64,000 bases of DNA from an uncultured delta proteobacterium (GTDB taxonomy: Bacteria; Desulfobacterota; Desulfuromonadia; Desulfuromonadales; JACZKF01): positions 160,001 to 224,000 of the forward strand of contig CAWFKQ010000007.1 of assembly GCA_963816395.1 (NCBI GenBank), in the 5' to 3' direction. Under the pieces are notes generated by a model, which did no database searches, had not been told where the DNA came from, and saw only the letters and a program-made list of their open reading frames with translations. Shown one piece after another: positions 1 to 10,868 of this stretch (position 1 is its first letter; the number at the start of each line of letters is the position of its first letter). The position numbers and the translations under genes are program-made.

Positions 1-441
1 GATCCGAAAAATTCTCGCCGCCGGCAGCCCCTGCCCGACCAGATAGTCGCAGAGCTCCCGGGTATTGCCGATCCAGGCGTTCGCGTGCCGGTAATAACCA
101 TTCACTTTGTAGAAGCCGCCCAGACGGGCGATGTGAACAGCGCCAAGCTTTTCCGGTACCCGGGTCAGGCGGGAAGCGCGTCCCATGTAGGTCTGCACGA
201 TGCCGACCCCGGTCTCCCGGATCAGGCGCCGGATGGCCAGGCCGGAGAGAACATCCCAGCCGTTGCGCATCGGCACCAGGTATCTTGGAATATCCGCGCC
301 GAGTTGACGCCCGACCGGACTGCCGGGACGATGGACGGCAATCGCCGAATGATCCCGCTCGTGCAAGGCACCGACCAGGCGGATGAAGAATTTTTCCGCC
401 CCGCCCATCTGCGTGCTGCCGATGACATGCAGGGAGCGCAT
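1..441 (-). CDS. Glycosyltransferase family 4 protein, N-terminal part (runs off the window start)
   Basis: Manual translation from ATG at 441: MRSLHVIGSTQMGGAEKFFIRLVGALHERDH..., with the GGAE motif typical of the GT4 N-terminus. Start overlaps the deacetylase stop (TGATG). Confidence 0.75.
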   Translation of the reverse strand, partial: MRSLHVIGSTQMGGAEKFFIRLVGALHERDHSAIAVHRPGSPVGRQLGADIPRYLVPMRNGWDVLSGLAIRRLIRETGVGIVQTYMGRASRLTRVPEKLGAVHIARLGGFYKVNGYYRHANAWIGNTRELCDYLVGQGLPAARIFRI

Positions 442-1193
442 CAGGTTTTCTCCACCGCACAAGTATCAGTAATCGGCTTGCGTCTGTTCTTCATATGCAG
501 TTTCCAGAAAAATCCGGCCAGGCTGTCGCCGTAGGAGATCGCCTTGCGCGGCAGCAGCATGAGATCGTCGCCGGCGACCGCGCTGGCCCGGATGCAGCTC
601 AGAGCCGCACGGTAACCTGCCTGCCTGACCGTCGCCACCACTTCCGCATCGAAATCACCCGCCGGATAGCAGAAATATTCGATTTCCTCCCCCAGCATCG
701 CCGCCAGTTTTTCCTTGCTCTCGAAGACTTCCCGACGCATCTGCCCGCGGTCGATCCGGCTCAGGCGCGGATGAGTCAGAGTATGCGCGCCCAGGGTGAT
801 GCCATGAGGGCGGATTTTCCGCAGGGTGGCCGTGTCCATCAGCGGCGGGGCCTCCCGGCCGTCGGCGCCCAGCCAGCGGGAGGGCTGGCCCAGGAGATCG
901 CTGACCAGGAAAACGGTGGCGGGAAAACCATGGCGCCGCAGGACGGGAAAAGCGTAATCATAGAAATTCTGATACCCGTCATCGAAAGTCAAGACGACGG
1001 AGTGCCCCTGCAGGGGAATTTCCCCGGAGATCGCCGCCACCGCCTCGGGCAGGCTTATGACGCGATAGCCCAAAAGACGCAGATACGCCATCTGCGCCTT
1101 GAACCGGCGGATATGACAATAGGTGGATCGATGCGCGGCGGGCCGCGCGAATTCCCCCACCTGGTGATACATGAGAATCGAAATCTTATTCAT
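441..1193 (-). CDS. Polysaccharide deacetylase (NodB/CE4 family)
   Basis: Motifs ILMYHQV, LTFDDGY, HTLTHPRL and FCYPAG. Confidence 0.9.
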   Translation of the reverse strand: MNKISILMYHQVGEFARPAAHRSTYCHIRRFKAQMAYLRLLGYRVISLPEAVAAISGEIPLQGHSVVLTFDDGYQNFYDYAFPVLRRHGFPATVFLVSDLLGQPSRWLGADGREAPPLMDTATLRKIRPHGITLGAHTLTHPRLSRIDRGQMRREVFESKEKLAAMLGEEIEYFCYPAGDFDAEVVATVRQAGYRAALSCIRASAVAGDDLMLLPRKAISYGDSLAGFFWKLHMKNRRKPITDTCAVEKT

Positions 1194-1232
1194 GCGGACC
1201 GGAATGATGAATCGTCGCCATGCACGTCGGAA

Positions 1233-1400
1233 TCAGAATTTCTCCGCTTCATCGATCAGCATGACCGGGATTTCGTCGCGGATCGGATAGGCCAGACGGC
1301 AGGCGTCGCAGAGGATGGCCGTGCCGTCCTGGCGCAGGCGAATGTTCCCCTTGCACTTCGGGCAGGCGAGAATATCAAGCAGTTCGCGGGAAATGGTCAT
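1233..1400 (-). CDS. ycaR: Trm112/YcaR family protein
   Basis: MTISRELLDILACPKCKG...LAYPIRDEIPVMLIDEA, GGAG RBS, usual position after lpxK. Confidence 0.9.
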   Translation of the reverse strand: MTISRELLDILACPKCKGNIRLRQDGTAILCDACRLAYPIRDEIPVMLIDEAEKF

Positions 1401-2479
1401 GTGCTCCTCCCCTGTTAAGTAGCTCTCGCAAGAGGCCTTCCAGTTTCCCCTCTTCCCGGAAGACCAGCCGGACCGGCACCTGGTAGCAAGGGACCGGGAA
1501 TTGCCTGTCGCCAAGCTTCACCGCATCTTTTTCGGTGGTGATCAGGTAGTCTGCGCCAGCGGCCGCAGCGGCCAGGCGCGTTAATTCGGCTGACCCGTAT
1601 CCGGCATGGTCGGCCAATGCCAGGGTGTGGACCAGATGCAGGCCGGCATGACGCAGGTCGGTGAAAAAGCCTTCGGGATCGGCGATTCCGGCGAAAGCCA
1701 CACCGCGCCTGCCGGCCAGTTCCGCCAGGGAAACCGCCTCCCCCGCCAGGGAAACCGCCTGCCGGTCGAGCAGGTGCCGGCTGTGCAGAACGGGGTCCGG
1801 CAGAGATGGCCAAGACGGCCAATCTTCCCGGCAGCGGGTGAGAATGAAAAGGTGCCCGCGCTGCAGCGCGGCCGGAAACTCCCGCAGGACCCCGGCCGGC
1901 AGAACGCGGCCGTTGCCGAGGGGGCGGCGACCGTCGAGCAGCACGATGTCGAGATCCCGGGCGACCGCCAGGTGCTGAAAACCATCGTCCAGGACGATAA
2001 CCTCGGCGCCGAACCGCTCCACTGCCAGCTGTATCCCCGCCGCCCGCCGCGGCGCCACCAGGACCAGCGCCCGGGGGTTGCGCCGGGCCAGCAGGTAAGG
2101 CTCGTCGCCGCAGACCGCTGGCGGCAGCAAAGGGCCGCTGCCGCTGCACACCACCCCGACCCCGCCGACCGTCCCCGTGCCGCCGTAACCGCGGCTGACC
2201 ACGGCCACCTTCTTTCCAGCCGCGAGCAGGTGCCTGACCACGAAATCGACTGCGGGCGTCTTCCCGGTACCACCAGCGGCCAGGTTGCCGATCGATATGA
2301 CCGGCACCGGGGCGCGGTAGACGGAAAAGATTCCCCGCCGGTAAAGAGCGCCCCGGATCGCTCCGGCCATTCCGTACAGCCAGCCCGCGGGGATCAGCGA
2401 CCACGCCAGCAGGCGCTCGCCTGAAGGTGAGCGGGGCCGGGCCGGTCAGGCGCCGGTGCAGGCCAAGCCACCGGTTCAT
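1375..2479 (-). CDS. lpxK: Tetraacyldisaccharide 4'-kinase (apparent frameshift near 2420)
   Basis: ISIGNLAAGGTGKTP, SRGYGG, GDEP, LDDGFQH and TTEKDAVK. The N-terminus from ATG 2479 is in a different frame from the body (ORF 1375..2370). Confidence 0.92.
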
Positions 2480-3777
2480 GCGGCCGTTTCCAGCTGGCGC
2501 CTGAGAACCTCCACCGTATGGCGGGTCGCCCCGACATTCTGCTGCAGCAGCGTGAAACCACCCTCCCCCATGTGCCGGCGCAGCTCGGAATTGGTCAGCA
2601 GGCCGGCAACCGCATTGTGCAGCCCTGCCTCGTCTTCGATCTGCATCCCGCCGCCGGCTTCCAGCAGCAGGCGGGCGATTTCCCGGAAATTATGCATGTA
2701 GGGGCCGAAGATTACGGGTTTATGCACCAGGGCAGCTTCCAGGACATTGTGGCCGCCGACCGGCACCAGGCTGCCGCCCAGAAACACCAGGTCCGCCGCC
2801 GCATAGATCTTGAGCATTTCCCCCAAGGTGTCGACCAGGAGAACCTCTCCGGCCTGCAGCGGTCCAGATCTCTCGCCGATCCGGGTACGCAGGGTAACGG
2901 AGAGACCGCGGTCGGCCAGCATGGAGGCGACCGCCCGAACCCGCTCGGGGTGCCGAGGCACCAAGGCCAGGACGATCTGGCGACCTTCCGCCAGCAACCG
3001 GCGGTAAACCTCCGCCACCATCTCCTCTTCACCGGAATGCGTGCTGCCGGCAGCCCATACGGGGCAGTCCGCCGGGAGGGCGAGCGTTTCCTTCAGGCTC
3101 TCGGGCTGGGCATGGTTGACCGCCGGCGCCTGCATATCGAACTTGAGATTGCGCGTCACCTCGATCCTCTCCGCCGGAGCGCCGATCAGGCGAATGCGTT
3201 CGGCATCCTGCGCCGTCTGCATGCAGAAGGCGGAGAAATGGGAGAGGACCGGCCGCACCAGCGGCCGCAGCCGACGGTAGCGGGGGAAAGAGCGGTCGGA
3301 AATGCGCCCGTTCACCAGCACCACGGGTATCCCTTTCCGGTGGGCGATTCGCACGAAATTCGGCCAGATTTCGGTTTCCACGATAACGATCAGGGAGGGC
3401 TGCACCTGGCGCAGAACCCGCCGCACCACCCAGGAAAGATCAAAGGGAAAGAACAGGCAGAGCGCCGCGTCCGGGATGCCGCGCGCCACCGCATGCCCGG
3501 TTTCGGTCACATTGGAGACGATCAGGGCATGACCGGGGAAGGCTTCCGTCAGCGCTTTCACCAAGGGGATGGCGGCTCGCGTTTCACCGACAGAGACGGC
3601 ATGGACCCAGATGACCGGCCGGCCAGCCAGAGACTTGAGGCGATCCGGAAGATAGAAGCCCAGCCGCTCCCTGATACCCCGTCGCACCTTGCCGTAGCGC
3701 CAGCCCCGGAAAAGGTAGTAGGGCACCAGGACCGTTGCGGCAGCCAGCAGGAGCAGATCATACAGGAGATATACCAT
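2476..3777 (-). CDS. waaA: 3-deoxy-D-manno-octulosonic acid (Kdo) transferase
   Basis: WVHAVSVGE, ETEIWPN, VPRHPER and GGSLVPVGGHNVLE. Confidence 0.95.
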   Translation of the reverse strand: MVYLLYDLLLLAAATVLVPYYLFRGWRYGKVRRGIRERLGFYLPDRLKSLAGRPVIWVHAVSVGETRAAIPLVKALTEAFPGHALIVSNVTETGHAVARGIPDAALCLFFPFDLSWVVRRVLRQVQPSLIVIVETEIWPNFVRIAHRKGIPVVLVNGRISDRSFPRYRRLRPLVRPVLSHFSAFCMQTAQDAERIRLIGAPAERIEVTRNLKFDMQAPAVNHAQPESLKETLALPADCPVWAAGSTHSGEEEMVAEVYRRLLAEGRQIVLALVPRHPERVRAVASMLADRGLSVTLRTRIGERSGPLQAGEVLLVDTLGEMLKIYAAADLVFLGGSLVPVGGHNVLEAALVHKPVIFGPYMHNFREIARLLLEAGGGMQIEDEAGLHNAVAGLLTNSELRRHMGEGGFTLLQQNVGATRHTVEVLRRQLETAA

Positions 3778-4430
3778 GCTTCTCCAAGCGGGCGCGGGCC
3801 CTTCTCTCGGTTTCTTCCATAGCCTGCTGCAGGCGACTCTGAAAGCTCACCGGGCTCTCTTCCGCCATCCAATGCACCGGGGCGCCGTAAGCGAAAACGC
3901 CGCGGGCAAAGGGGAACGGGAAAAGAAAGCGGTCCCAGGAACCGAAGCGGTGTCCCCGGCTGCAGGCGAAGGCCATCGGTATTACCGGTCTGCCGGTCAG
4001 GCGGGTGAGCTGCACCACCCCTTCTTTGAGCTGGTGGCGCGGCCCTTTGGGACCATCCGGGGTGATCACCAGATCTACCGGCTCGCGCGCCTGCACGATC
4101 AGAGCGCGAAAAGCGGCTCGCCCACCCCGGCTGGAGGAGCCGCGCACCGCCCCCTGACCGAAATATTGCATGGTTCGGGCGATCAACTCCCCATCTTTGG
4201 AGGCGCTGATCAGGATCTTCGCCCCCGGCCCGCGGTAGGCTTTCGCCATCAACAGGAGTTGGTCATGCCAGAAGGCGAGAATAACGTTTTCCCCCCGCCT
4301 GCCAGAAAGACCGGGGGAATTCCTCATCGAGGGTTTCGATGCGGACCAGAGCATGCAGCAGCCGGATGGTGACGGCGGCCAGAGGGGGGGCGAGCTGCAG
4401 CAGCAGCCAATCTCCCAGGCCTCCTTTCAT
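3758..4430 (-). CDS. DUF374 / lysophospholipid acyltransferase family protein (apparent frameshift near 4295)
   Basis: FWHDQLL, SASKDGE, RGSSSRGG and TPDGPKGP. The start MKGGLGDWLLL at 4430 overlaps the msbA stop (ATGA) but is in another frame from the body; the shift lies at a C-run. Confidence 0.8.
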
Positions 4431-6178
4431 GCCGATTCCTGAAATTGCATGTCGTACAATTTGCGGTACAGCCCCCCGCCGTCCAGCAGTTCCTGGTGGG
4501 TGCCGGTCTGGCAGATCCGGCCGCTCTCGATCACCACGATCTTATCCGCCCGCATGATGGTCGACAGCCGATGGGCAATAACCAGAGTCGTGCGGTTCCT
4601 CATCAGGTTGCCCAAAGCCTTCTGCACCATCGCTTCGCTTTCGGTGTCGAGGGCGCTGGTTGCCTCATCGAGAATCAGGATCGGTGCATTGCGCAGAATC
4701 GCCCGGGCGATGCAGATCCGCTGACGTTGACCGCCGGACAGGCGCAGGCCCCGATCGCCGATCCGCGTCTGGAAACCAGCCGGCATTTCCTCGATGAAAT
4801 TGTCCGCGTAGGCCAGGCGGGCCGCTTCCCTGACCTCCGCATCGGTTGCCTGGAAACGCCCGTAGCGGATGTTCTCGGTAATAGTTTCGTTGAAAAGGAA
4901 GGTCTCCTGGTCGACCAGGGCAATATTCTGCCGCAGACTATCCAGCGTCACCTCGCGGATATCCTCGCCATCGATCCGGATAGCTCCTGCCTGGGGATCG
5001 TAGAAGCGGTTGAGAAGCCCGGCCACCGTCGACTTGCCGGCGCCGCTCGGCCCGACCAGGGCGACGACTTCCCCGGGGGCGGCTCGCAAGGAGAAATCCA
5101 CCAGGATCGGTTCGGTATGGTAAGCGAAGCTGACCCGATCGAATTCGATTTCGCCGCGCGCCCGCGGCAGAATCCGGGCATCCAGCCGGTCCTGGAAATC
5201 AGGTTCCTCGTCGAGGAGCTCAAAAACCCGGTCAGCCGCTCCCATCGACTGCTGGATGGTATTATAGGCCTTGTTCAGGCGTTTCACCGGGGTGTAAATC
5301 ATCAGGATGGCCACGGAGATGGAGAGCAGTTCCCCTTTGGTCATGGCGCCGGACAGCACCCGGTGCACACCGTACCAGAGAACGGCCGCCGTGCCCAGAG
5401 AAGCCAGAATTTCCATCAGCGGCGCCGAGAGGGCATTGTACTTGATCAGTTTGCGCATGAAAACATAGTAATTGTTGTTCTCGCGCCCGAATTTATCGAT
5501 CTCCGACTGCTCAGTACCGAACGACTTGATGACCTTGATCCCGGAAAAGGCCTGTTCGAGCACCGAGGTCAGGAGGCTCATGGCGCCCTGCCCGCGGCGG
5601 GAATAGTTCTTGATCTTTTTGCCGATGAGGGAAGCGGGACCGAAAGCCAGGGGGATGACGACAAAGGCGGCGATGGAGAGTTTCCAGTCCTGGTAAAAGG
5701 CAAGCCCCACCAGACCGATAAGGGTCGATCCCTCGCGGATGACGTCGACCAGAACGTTTGATCCAGCCCGCTGCATGGCACCGACATCATTGAGAATGCG
5801 TGACATGTGGGCACCGGCCGTATGCCGGGCGTAGTACCCCATGGTCAGTCGCGAGTAGTGTCTGAAGACGTGGTTGCGGATATCCTGGATGACCAGTTGC
5901 CCGGCGGTACGGATATAGTATTCCTGGACATAGCGGGAGCAGCCCTTGATCATCGCCAGCCCGATCACCACGACCGGGACAATGTTGATCAGGTCGATGC
6001 CGCTCGGCGCCAGCACCCGGTCTATCAGCGGCTGGACCAGTTTGGCATAGGTCACGTCGGCTCCGGAAACAACCAGGCTGGCCAGCACGGACCAGGCGAT
6101 CCGCCGCCGGTAGGGAATCACATACCCAAGAAGCCGTCTATAGGTATTTTTATAGAATTCTGGACGCAGTTTTTTCAT
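4427..6178 (-). CDS. msbA: Lipid A export ABC transporter (permease-ATPase)
   Basis: Transmembrane domain plus GPSGAGKST, LSGGQRQR and ILDEATSALD; lipid A operon context. Confidence 0.9.
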   Translation of the reverse strand: MKKLRPEFYKNTYRRLLGYVIPYRRRIAWSVLASLVVSGADVTYAKLVQPLIDRVLAPSGIDLINIVPVVVIGLAMIKGCSRYVQEYYIRTAGQLVIQDIRNHVFRHYSRLTMGYYARHTAGAHMSRILNDVGAMQRAGSNVLVDVIREGSTLIGLVGLAFYQDWKLSIAAFVVIPLAFGPASLIGKKIKNYSRRGQGAMSLLTSVLEQAFSGIKVIKSFGTEQSEIDKFGRENNNYYVFMRKLIKYNALSAPLMEILASLGTAAVLWYGVHRVLSGAMTKGELLSISVAILMIYTPVKRLNKAYNTIQQSMGAADRVFELLDEEPDFQDRLDARILPRARGEIEFDRVSFAYHTEPILVDFSLRAAPGEVVALVGPSGAGKSTVAGLLNRFYDPQAGAIRIDGEDIREVTLDSLRQNIALVDQETFLFNETITENIRYGRFQATDAEVREAARLAYADNFIEEMPAGFQTRIGDRGLRLSGGQRQRICIARAILRNAPILILDEATSALDTESEAMVQKALGNLMRNRTTLVIAHRLSTIMRADKIVVIESGRICQTGTHQELLDGGGLYRKLYDMQFQESA

Positions 6179-7417
6179 TCCGTTCTCATCCGCACACCGC
6201 GGCTCATCTCCGAGGCCATGCGGGCCACCCGCAGGGAACACCCCCTATCCCCCATTTTATTGCGAATCATGCTCAAACCCTGGCGGATGCACCCGGCGTA
6301 CTGCCGGTCGGTAAGAATCCTGCCGATTTCCCCGGCAACCGCTTCCGGGGTAGCCTGCCTCCTGAATGAATTCCCGGACCACCTCCCGCCCAGCCACGAT
6401 ATTGGCCAGGCTCACATGCGGCAGCCGGACCAGCCGGCGGCCGATCTGGTAGGTAAGCGGCGCCATCTGATACAGAATAGCCATGGGAGTGCCAACCAGG
6501 GCCGTCTGCAAGGTGACGGTGCCGGAGACACAGATAACCGCATCACAGGCGTTGGCCACATCGTAGATGTTGTCATGAATGACCGTTACCGGCAGAGCAC
6601 GGCCAGCCAGTCGCCGGTGAAATTCTTCGGCCTCCAGCGAGGGCGCCACCGGCAGAAGAAACTGGATGCCGGGGAATCGCTGGTGCAGCAGGTCTGCGGC
6701 CGCAAGAATCGTCTCCAGAATATATTTGAGCTCGTTGCGCCGGCTGCCGGGAAACAGGCCAACCACCGGCTGCAGCGGGTCGAGACCGTAGGCGCCGGTG
6801 ATTGCCTCCCGCTCCCGGCCGACTTGCGCCTCATCCAGCAGCGGGTTGCCCACGTATTCGACCTCAATATCCTGTCCTCGGTAAAACTCCGGCTCGAAGG
6901 GGAAGATCACCGCGAGTTTATCGACCACCCGGGCGATCTTCTTCACCCGTCCCCGCCGCCAGGCCCATACCTGCGGGCTGACATAATATAATACCGGCAC
7001 TCCCACCCTTTTGGCTACCCGGGCCAGGCGCAGGTTGAAATCCGGGAAATCGATGAGAATCAGCAGGTCGGGGCGGCTGTTCGCGGTCAGAAGCCTTTTC
7101 AACCGGCGGAAAGCCCGGAAGATGACCGGAAAATGCCCGAGAACCTCCACCAGCCCCATCACTGCCAGGGTTTCCCCGGGGATCAAGATCTCGCAGCCGG
7201 CTTCAGCCATCCGTTTGCCGCCAACGCCGAAAAAGGCGAGGCCGGGATCGACTTCCCGCGCCGCCCTGATCAGATTGGCGCCATGCAGGTCGCCGGAAGC
7301 CTCGCCGGTGACGATCAGCGCCCGGCGCTGATCGTCGTGAGGAGTGAGGGGTGAGGAGTGAGGCGAAACCCCATCCCCCACTTTCGTCTTTTCCAAATTT
7401 TCCCTTTTACTCCTCAC
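6175..7417 (-). CDS. lpxB: Lipid-A-disaccharide synthase (apparent frameshift near 6355)
   Basis: GEASGDLHGA, IDFPDFN, YVSPQVWAWR and FPGSR. Removing one base gives ...ATPEAVAGEIGRIL...MRTE* ending at 6175, coupled to the msbA start. Start codon uncertain. Confidence 0.92.
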
Positions 7418-7438
7418 ACCTCACGCCTCACCCCTCAC
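7337..7438. repeat. Inverted pair of 4x heptamer arrays, (GTGAGGN)4 ... (NCCTCAC)4
   Basis: GTGAGGA GTGAGGG GTGAGGA GTGAGGC at 7337-7364 and TCCTCAC ACCTCAC GCCTCAC CCCTCAC at 7411-7438. Confidence 0.9.
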
Positions 7439-8528
7439 GGCTTTGCACAGCACCTCGCATACCCGCTCGACCTGCATTTCGGTCAGTTCCGGATAGATCG
7501 GCAGGGAGAGGACCTCGGCGGCGGCTTTCTCCGCCTGCGGGAAAGAGGCACCGGCCCAGGCTCCGGCATAGACTTCCTGCCGGTGCAGCGGAATCGGGTA
7601 GTATACGGCGGAAGCAATACCGGCGGCGTTCAACGCCTGCTGAATGGCTTCCCGGTGTCCGGTCCGGATGGTGTACTGGTGGTAGACATGCAGACTTTTG
7701 CCGTCTTCCGCCGGCGGGACCACCCCACCTGCCTGTAAATGACGGGTATAAAGGTGGGCATTGCGCCGCCGCAGCCGGTTGTAATCATCAAGGTGCGGGA
7801 GCTTGGCGCGCAGCACCACCGCCTGCAGCTCATCGAGCCGGCTGTTGTAGCCGATCAGCGAATGGTGGTAGCGCTGACGGCTGCCGTGATTCCCGAGCAC
7901 CCGCACAGTCTCGGCCAGGGCATCATCATTGGTAACCACCATGCCGCCGTCACCGTAGCAGCCGAGGTTTTTGCTGGGGAAGAAGGAAAAGCAGCCGAAA
8001 TCGCCCCAGGCTCCGGTTTTTCTGCCGCCGTACTCGGCGCCGAAAGACTGGGCACAGTCCTCGATGAGTTTCAGATTGTACTTCCTGCAGAGAGCGGCAA
8101 TCGCCTCGAGATCCGCCGGCTGGCCGAACAGATGGACCGGGACAATGGCCCGGGTGCGGTCGGTGATCGCCCCTTCGATCTGAGTTAACGTCGATATTGA
8201 AGGTATCCGGATCGATATCGACGAATACCGGCCGGGCGCCCACATAGGAGATCGCCTCGGCGGTGGCAATGAAGGTGAAGGGGGTGGTGATCACCTCGTC
8301 GGCCGGGCCGATACCGGCCGCCCGCAGGGCCAGGTGCAGAGCATCGGTACCGGAGGCAACGCCGATCGCATGGCGGACGCCGCAATAACCGGCCACCTCC
8401 TCCTCCAGGGCCTTGCCGTTCGGCCCCAGAATGAAATGAGTGCTGGAGAGAACCTGCTGGAATCCCCTTTCAATTTCCTCCCGCAGGGTCTCGTACTGCA
8501 CTTTCAGGTCGACCATCGGAATGTTCAT
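7421..8528 (-). CDS. gnnB: DegT/DnrJ/EryC1/StrS aminotransferase, probable GnnB (apparent frameshift near 8185)
   Basis: SGTDAL, PVHLFGQ, EDCAQ, SFFPSKNLG and NSRLDELQA, split between ORFs 7950..8732 and 7421..8269; lies between lpxA and lpxB. Confidence 0.8.
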
Positions 8529-8667
8529 TCTTTCCTCCAAGCCGCAGCTCCCAAAAAAATGAGGGCGAGGCCGCCCTCGCCAGGAAACAAAAAGTGCAAG
8601 GCAGAAAAGGTTGTCAGAAAAGGGGAATCCGGATAGCCACCGGCCACTCTCCTGCAACCTTTCCCTT

Positions 8668-9630
8668 TCACCTTGAATTGGGTGTGATGACCTCGTGCCA
8701 AAGCTTGCGGTTGATCTCCAGCGCCAGTTCAAGCGCCCGTTTGCCGTCTTCGCCCGTCACCAGCGGTGGAGTTCCCTCCCGAACCGCTGTCACAAAAGCC
8801 TGGATTTCCTCCCGCAGGGCATCTCCCTGCTCGAAGGTCTTCTCCTCCATAGTGACCTGCGGCAAGCCGGGAACGGCCAGCCCCTTCCCCTCCTTGCGCA
8901 GAATGGCAATCTTGCGCGCCTGGTAATCGATGGATATGTAGGCGTCCGCCTGAAAGATGCGGATCTTGCGCATCGCTTCCCGGCTGACCCGGCTGGCGGT
9001 GACATTGGCCACACAACCATTTTCGAACTGCAGGCGGGCATTGGCGATATCCACCTCTTCACTGATCACCGGCACCCCGACAGAGTTGACCAGCTTGACG
9101 GAGGAGGGGACGATATTCAGGATGATGTCGATGTCGTGAATCATCAGGTCGAGAACGACGTTGACATCCGTGCCCCGGGGCTTGAAGGGGGCCAGCCGGT
9201 GCGACTCGACGAACAGTGGATTGTTGATTACCCCCTTCAGTGCCAGCACCGCCGGATTGAAGCGCTCCAGGTGCCCGACCTGAAAAACCAGCCGCTGCTC
9301 CGCCGCCAGGCGGATCAGTTCGTCGGCTTCCTCTGTGGTCTGAGTGATCGGCTTCTCCAGCAGGATATGCCGACCGGCCGCCAGGCAATCGCGCGCTACC
9401 GGAAAATGGTGGTGGGTGGGCACTGCAATGCAGGCCAAGTCGATCCGGTCGAGGATCTCCCGATAATCGGTAAAGGCGCCGGTGCCCACCTCGGCGGCGA
9501 CCTCCTCCGCCCGCTGACGGCTGCTGTCGACGACTCCGACCAGTTCGACTGCGTCCATGGCGGCCAGTTTCTGGGCATGGAATCGTCCCAGATAACCGAC
9601 GCCGATAACGGCCGCGCGCAATTTCCCCAT
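8668..9630 (-). CDS. gnnA: Gfo/Idh/MocA oxidoreductase, probable GnnA
   Basis: GVGYLG Rossmann motif, EKP, GHLERFNP and DLMIHDID; directly downstream of lpxA. Confidence 0.8.
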   Translation of the reverse strand: MGKLRAAVIGVGYLGRFHAQKLAAMDAVELVGVVDSSRQRAEEVAAEVGTGAFTDYREILDRIDLACIAVPTHHHFPVARDCLAAGRHILLEKPITQTTEEADELIRLAAEQRLVFQVGHLERFNPAVLALKGVINNPLFVESHRLAPFKPRGTDVNVVLDLMIHDIDIILNIVPSSVKLVNSVGVPVISEEVDIANARLQFENGCVANVTASRVSREAMRKIRIFQADAYISIDYQARKIAILRKEGKGLAVPGLPQVTMEEKTFEQGDALREEIQAFVTAVREGTPPLVTGEDGKRALELALEINRKLWHEVITPNSR

Positions 9631-9643
9631 GTTCCTGTCGTCC

Positions 9644-10414
9644 TCAGCGGGCAATGCCGCGCTCACTGTTCCGAATGAAGTCAATGAAGGCCCTGAGTTC
9701 GGGAGTCTGCTCCAGTTCGGCGGCAATCCGCTCCAACGCCTCTTCCACCCGCAAGCCGGAACGGTAGACCAGCTTGTAAGCGCGCTTGATGCCGCGGATG
9801 ACCGGTTCGGAAAAACCCCGCCGCTGCAGACCTACCAGATTCAGACCGACGGTTTTCGCTCGATCCCCCTGGGCAATGGTATAAGGAGGGATATCCTGGG
9901 CGACCATGGCGCCGCCGCTGACCATCACGTGGCAGCCGATGCGGGTGAATTGATGAACGGCCGAGAGCCCGCCCAAAATGGCGAAGTCATCCACAATCAC
10001 ATGCCCCGCCAGGGTCGCCCCATTGGCCAGAATCACCCGGTTGGCAACTCGGCAGTCGTGCGCCACGTGGGAGTAGGACATGAACAGGTTATCGTTGCCA
10101 ATGACCGTCTCTCCGCCCCCCCCTTCGGTTCCCAGGTGCAGGGTGACGAATTCGCGTACGGTATTGCGATCGCCGATACGCAGCCAGGTCTTCTCGCCGT
10201 GGAATTTAAGATCCTGCGGAACGGCGCCGACGGAAGCGAACTGGAAAATACGGTTGTCGCGACCGATCTCAGTCCACCCTTCGATTACCGCATGCGTACC
10301 GACACTGGTGCCGTCGCCAAGGATGACGTGCTCGCCGATAACGGCATAAGGGCCGATCTCTACCCCCTGGCCAACTTGGGCTCCGGGGTGGACAATGGCG
10401 GTTTTGTGAATCAT
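9644..10414 (-). CDS. lpxA: Acyl-ACP--UDP-N-acetylglucosamine acyltransferase
   Basis: Hexapeptide repeats, PQDLKF, HVAHDC and LAGHV. Confidence 0.96.
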   Translation of the reverse strand: MIHKTAIVHPGAQVGQGVEIGPYAVIGEHVILGDGTSVGTHAVIEGWTEIGRDNRIFQFASVGAVPQDLKFHGEKTWLRIGDRNTVREFVTLHLGTEGGGGETVIGNDNLFMSYSHVAHDCRVANRVILANGATLAGHVIVDDFAILGGLSAVHQFTRIGCHVMVSGGAMVAQDIPPYTIAQGDRAKTVGLNLVGLQRRGFSEPVIRGIKRAYKLVYRSGLRVEEALERIAAELEQTPELRAFIDFIRNSERGIAR

Positions 10415-10419
10415 CGATC

Positions 10420-10863
10420 TCAAGCTTTCTGCCGCGGAGCGAAAGTAGCTTTCAGATCAGCTTCGGCAGCCAAGGCCTCACCTACGAAAGCCTTGCCGCT
10501 GAAACCGTACAGGCCGCGCTTACAGTATTCCAGTTCCAGTTCAAAACGCAGGACATCCCCGGGAACGACCGGCCGGCGGAAGCGGGCATTGTCGATGCCG
10601 GCGAAGTAGGTCACCTTGTCATCACCGATATTATCGCTGACCATGGCGAAAACCCCGCCAACCTGCGCCATCGCCTCGATGATAAGCACCCCCGGCATGA
10701 CCGGATGGCCGGGGAAATGCCCTTGGAAAAAAGGCTCGTTAATGGTGACATTCTTGATGCCGACGATCCTTTTCCCCTTTTCCAGTTCGACAATGCGATC
10801 GACCAGGAGAAACGGGTAACGATGGGGCAGAAGTTTCATGATTTCCAGGGTATTCAGTTCCAT
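10420..10863 (-). CDS. fabZ: 3-hydroxyacyl-ACP dehydratase
   Basis: [12 protein letters not shown] and [23 protein letters not shown]. Confidence 0.97.
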   Translation of the reverse strand: MELNTLEIMKLLPHRYPFLLVDRIVELEKGKRIVGIKNVTINEPFFQGHFPGHPVMPGVLIIEAMAQVGGVFAMVSDNIGDDKVTYFAGIDNARFRRPVVPGDVLRFELELEYCKRGLYGFSGKAFVGEALAAEADLKATFAPRQKA

Positions 10864-10868
10864 GGCAG

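Noticed and set aside
8530..8667. Riboswitch or ncRNA in the gnnA-gnnB spacer
   Set aside because: Only a short GAGGGCG...CGCCCTC hairpin; no known aptamer motif recognised.
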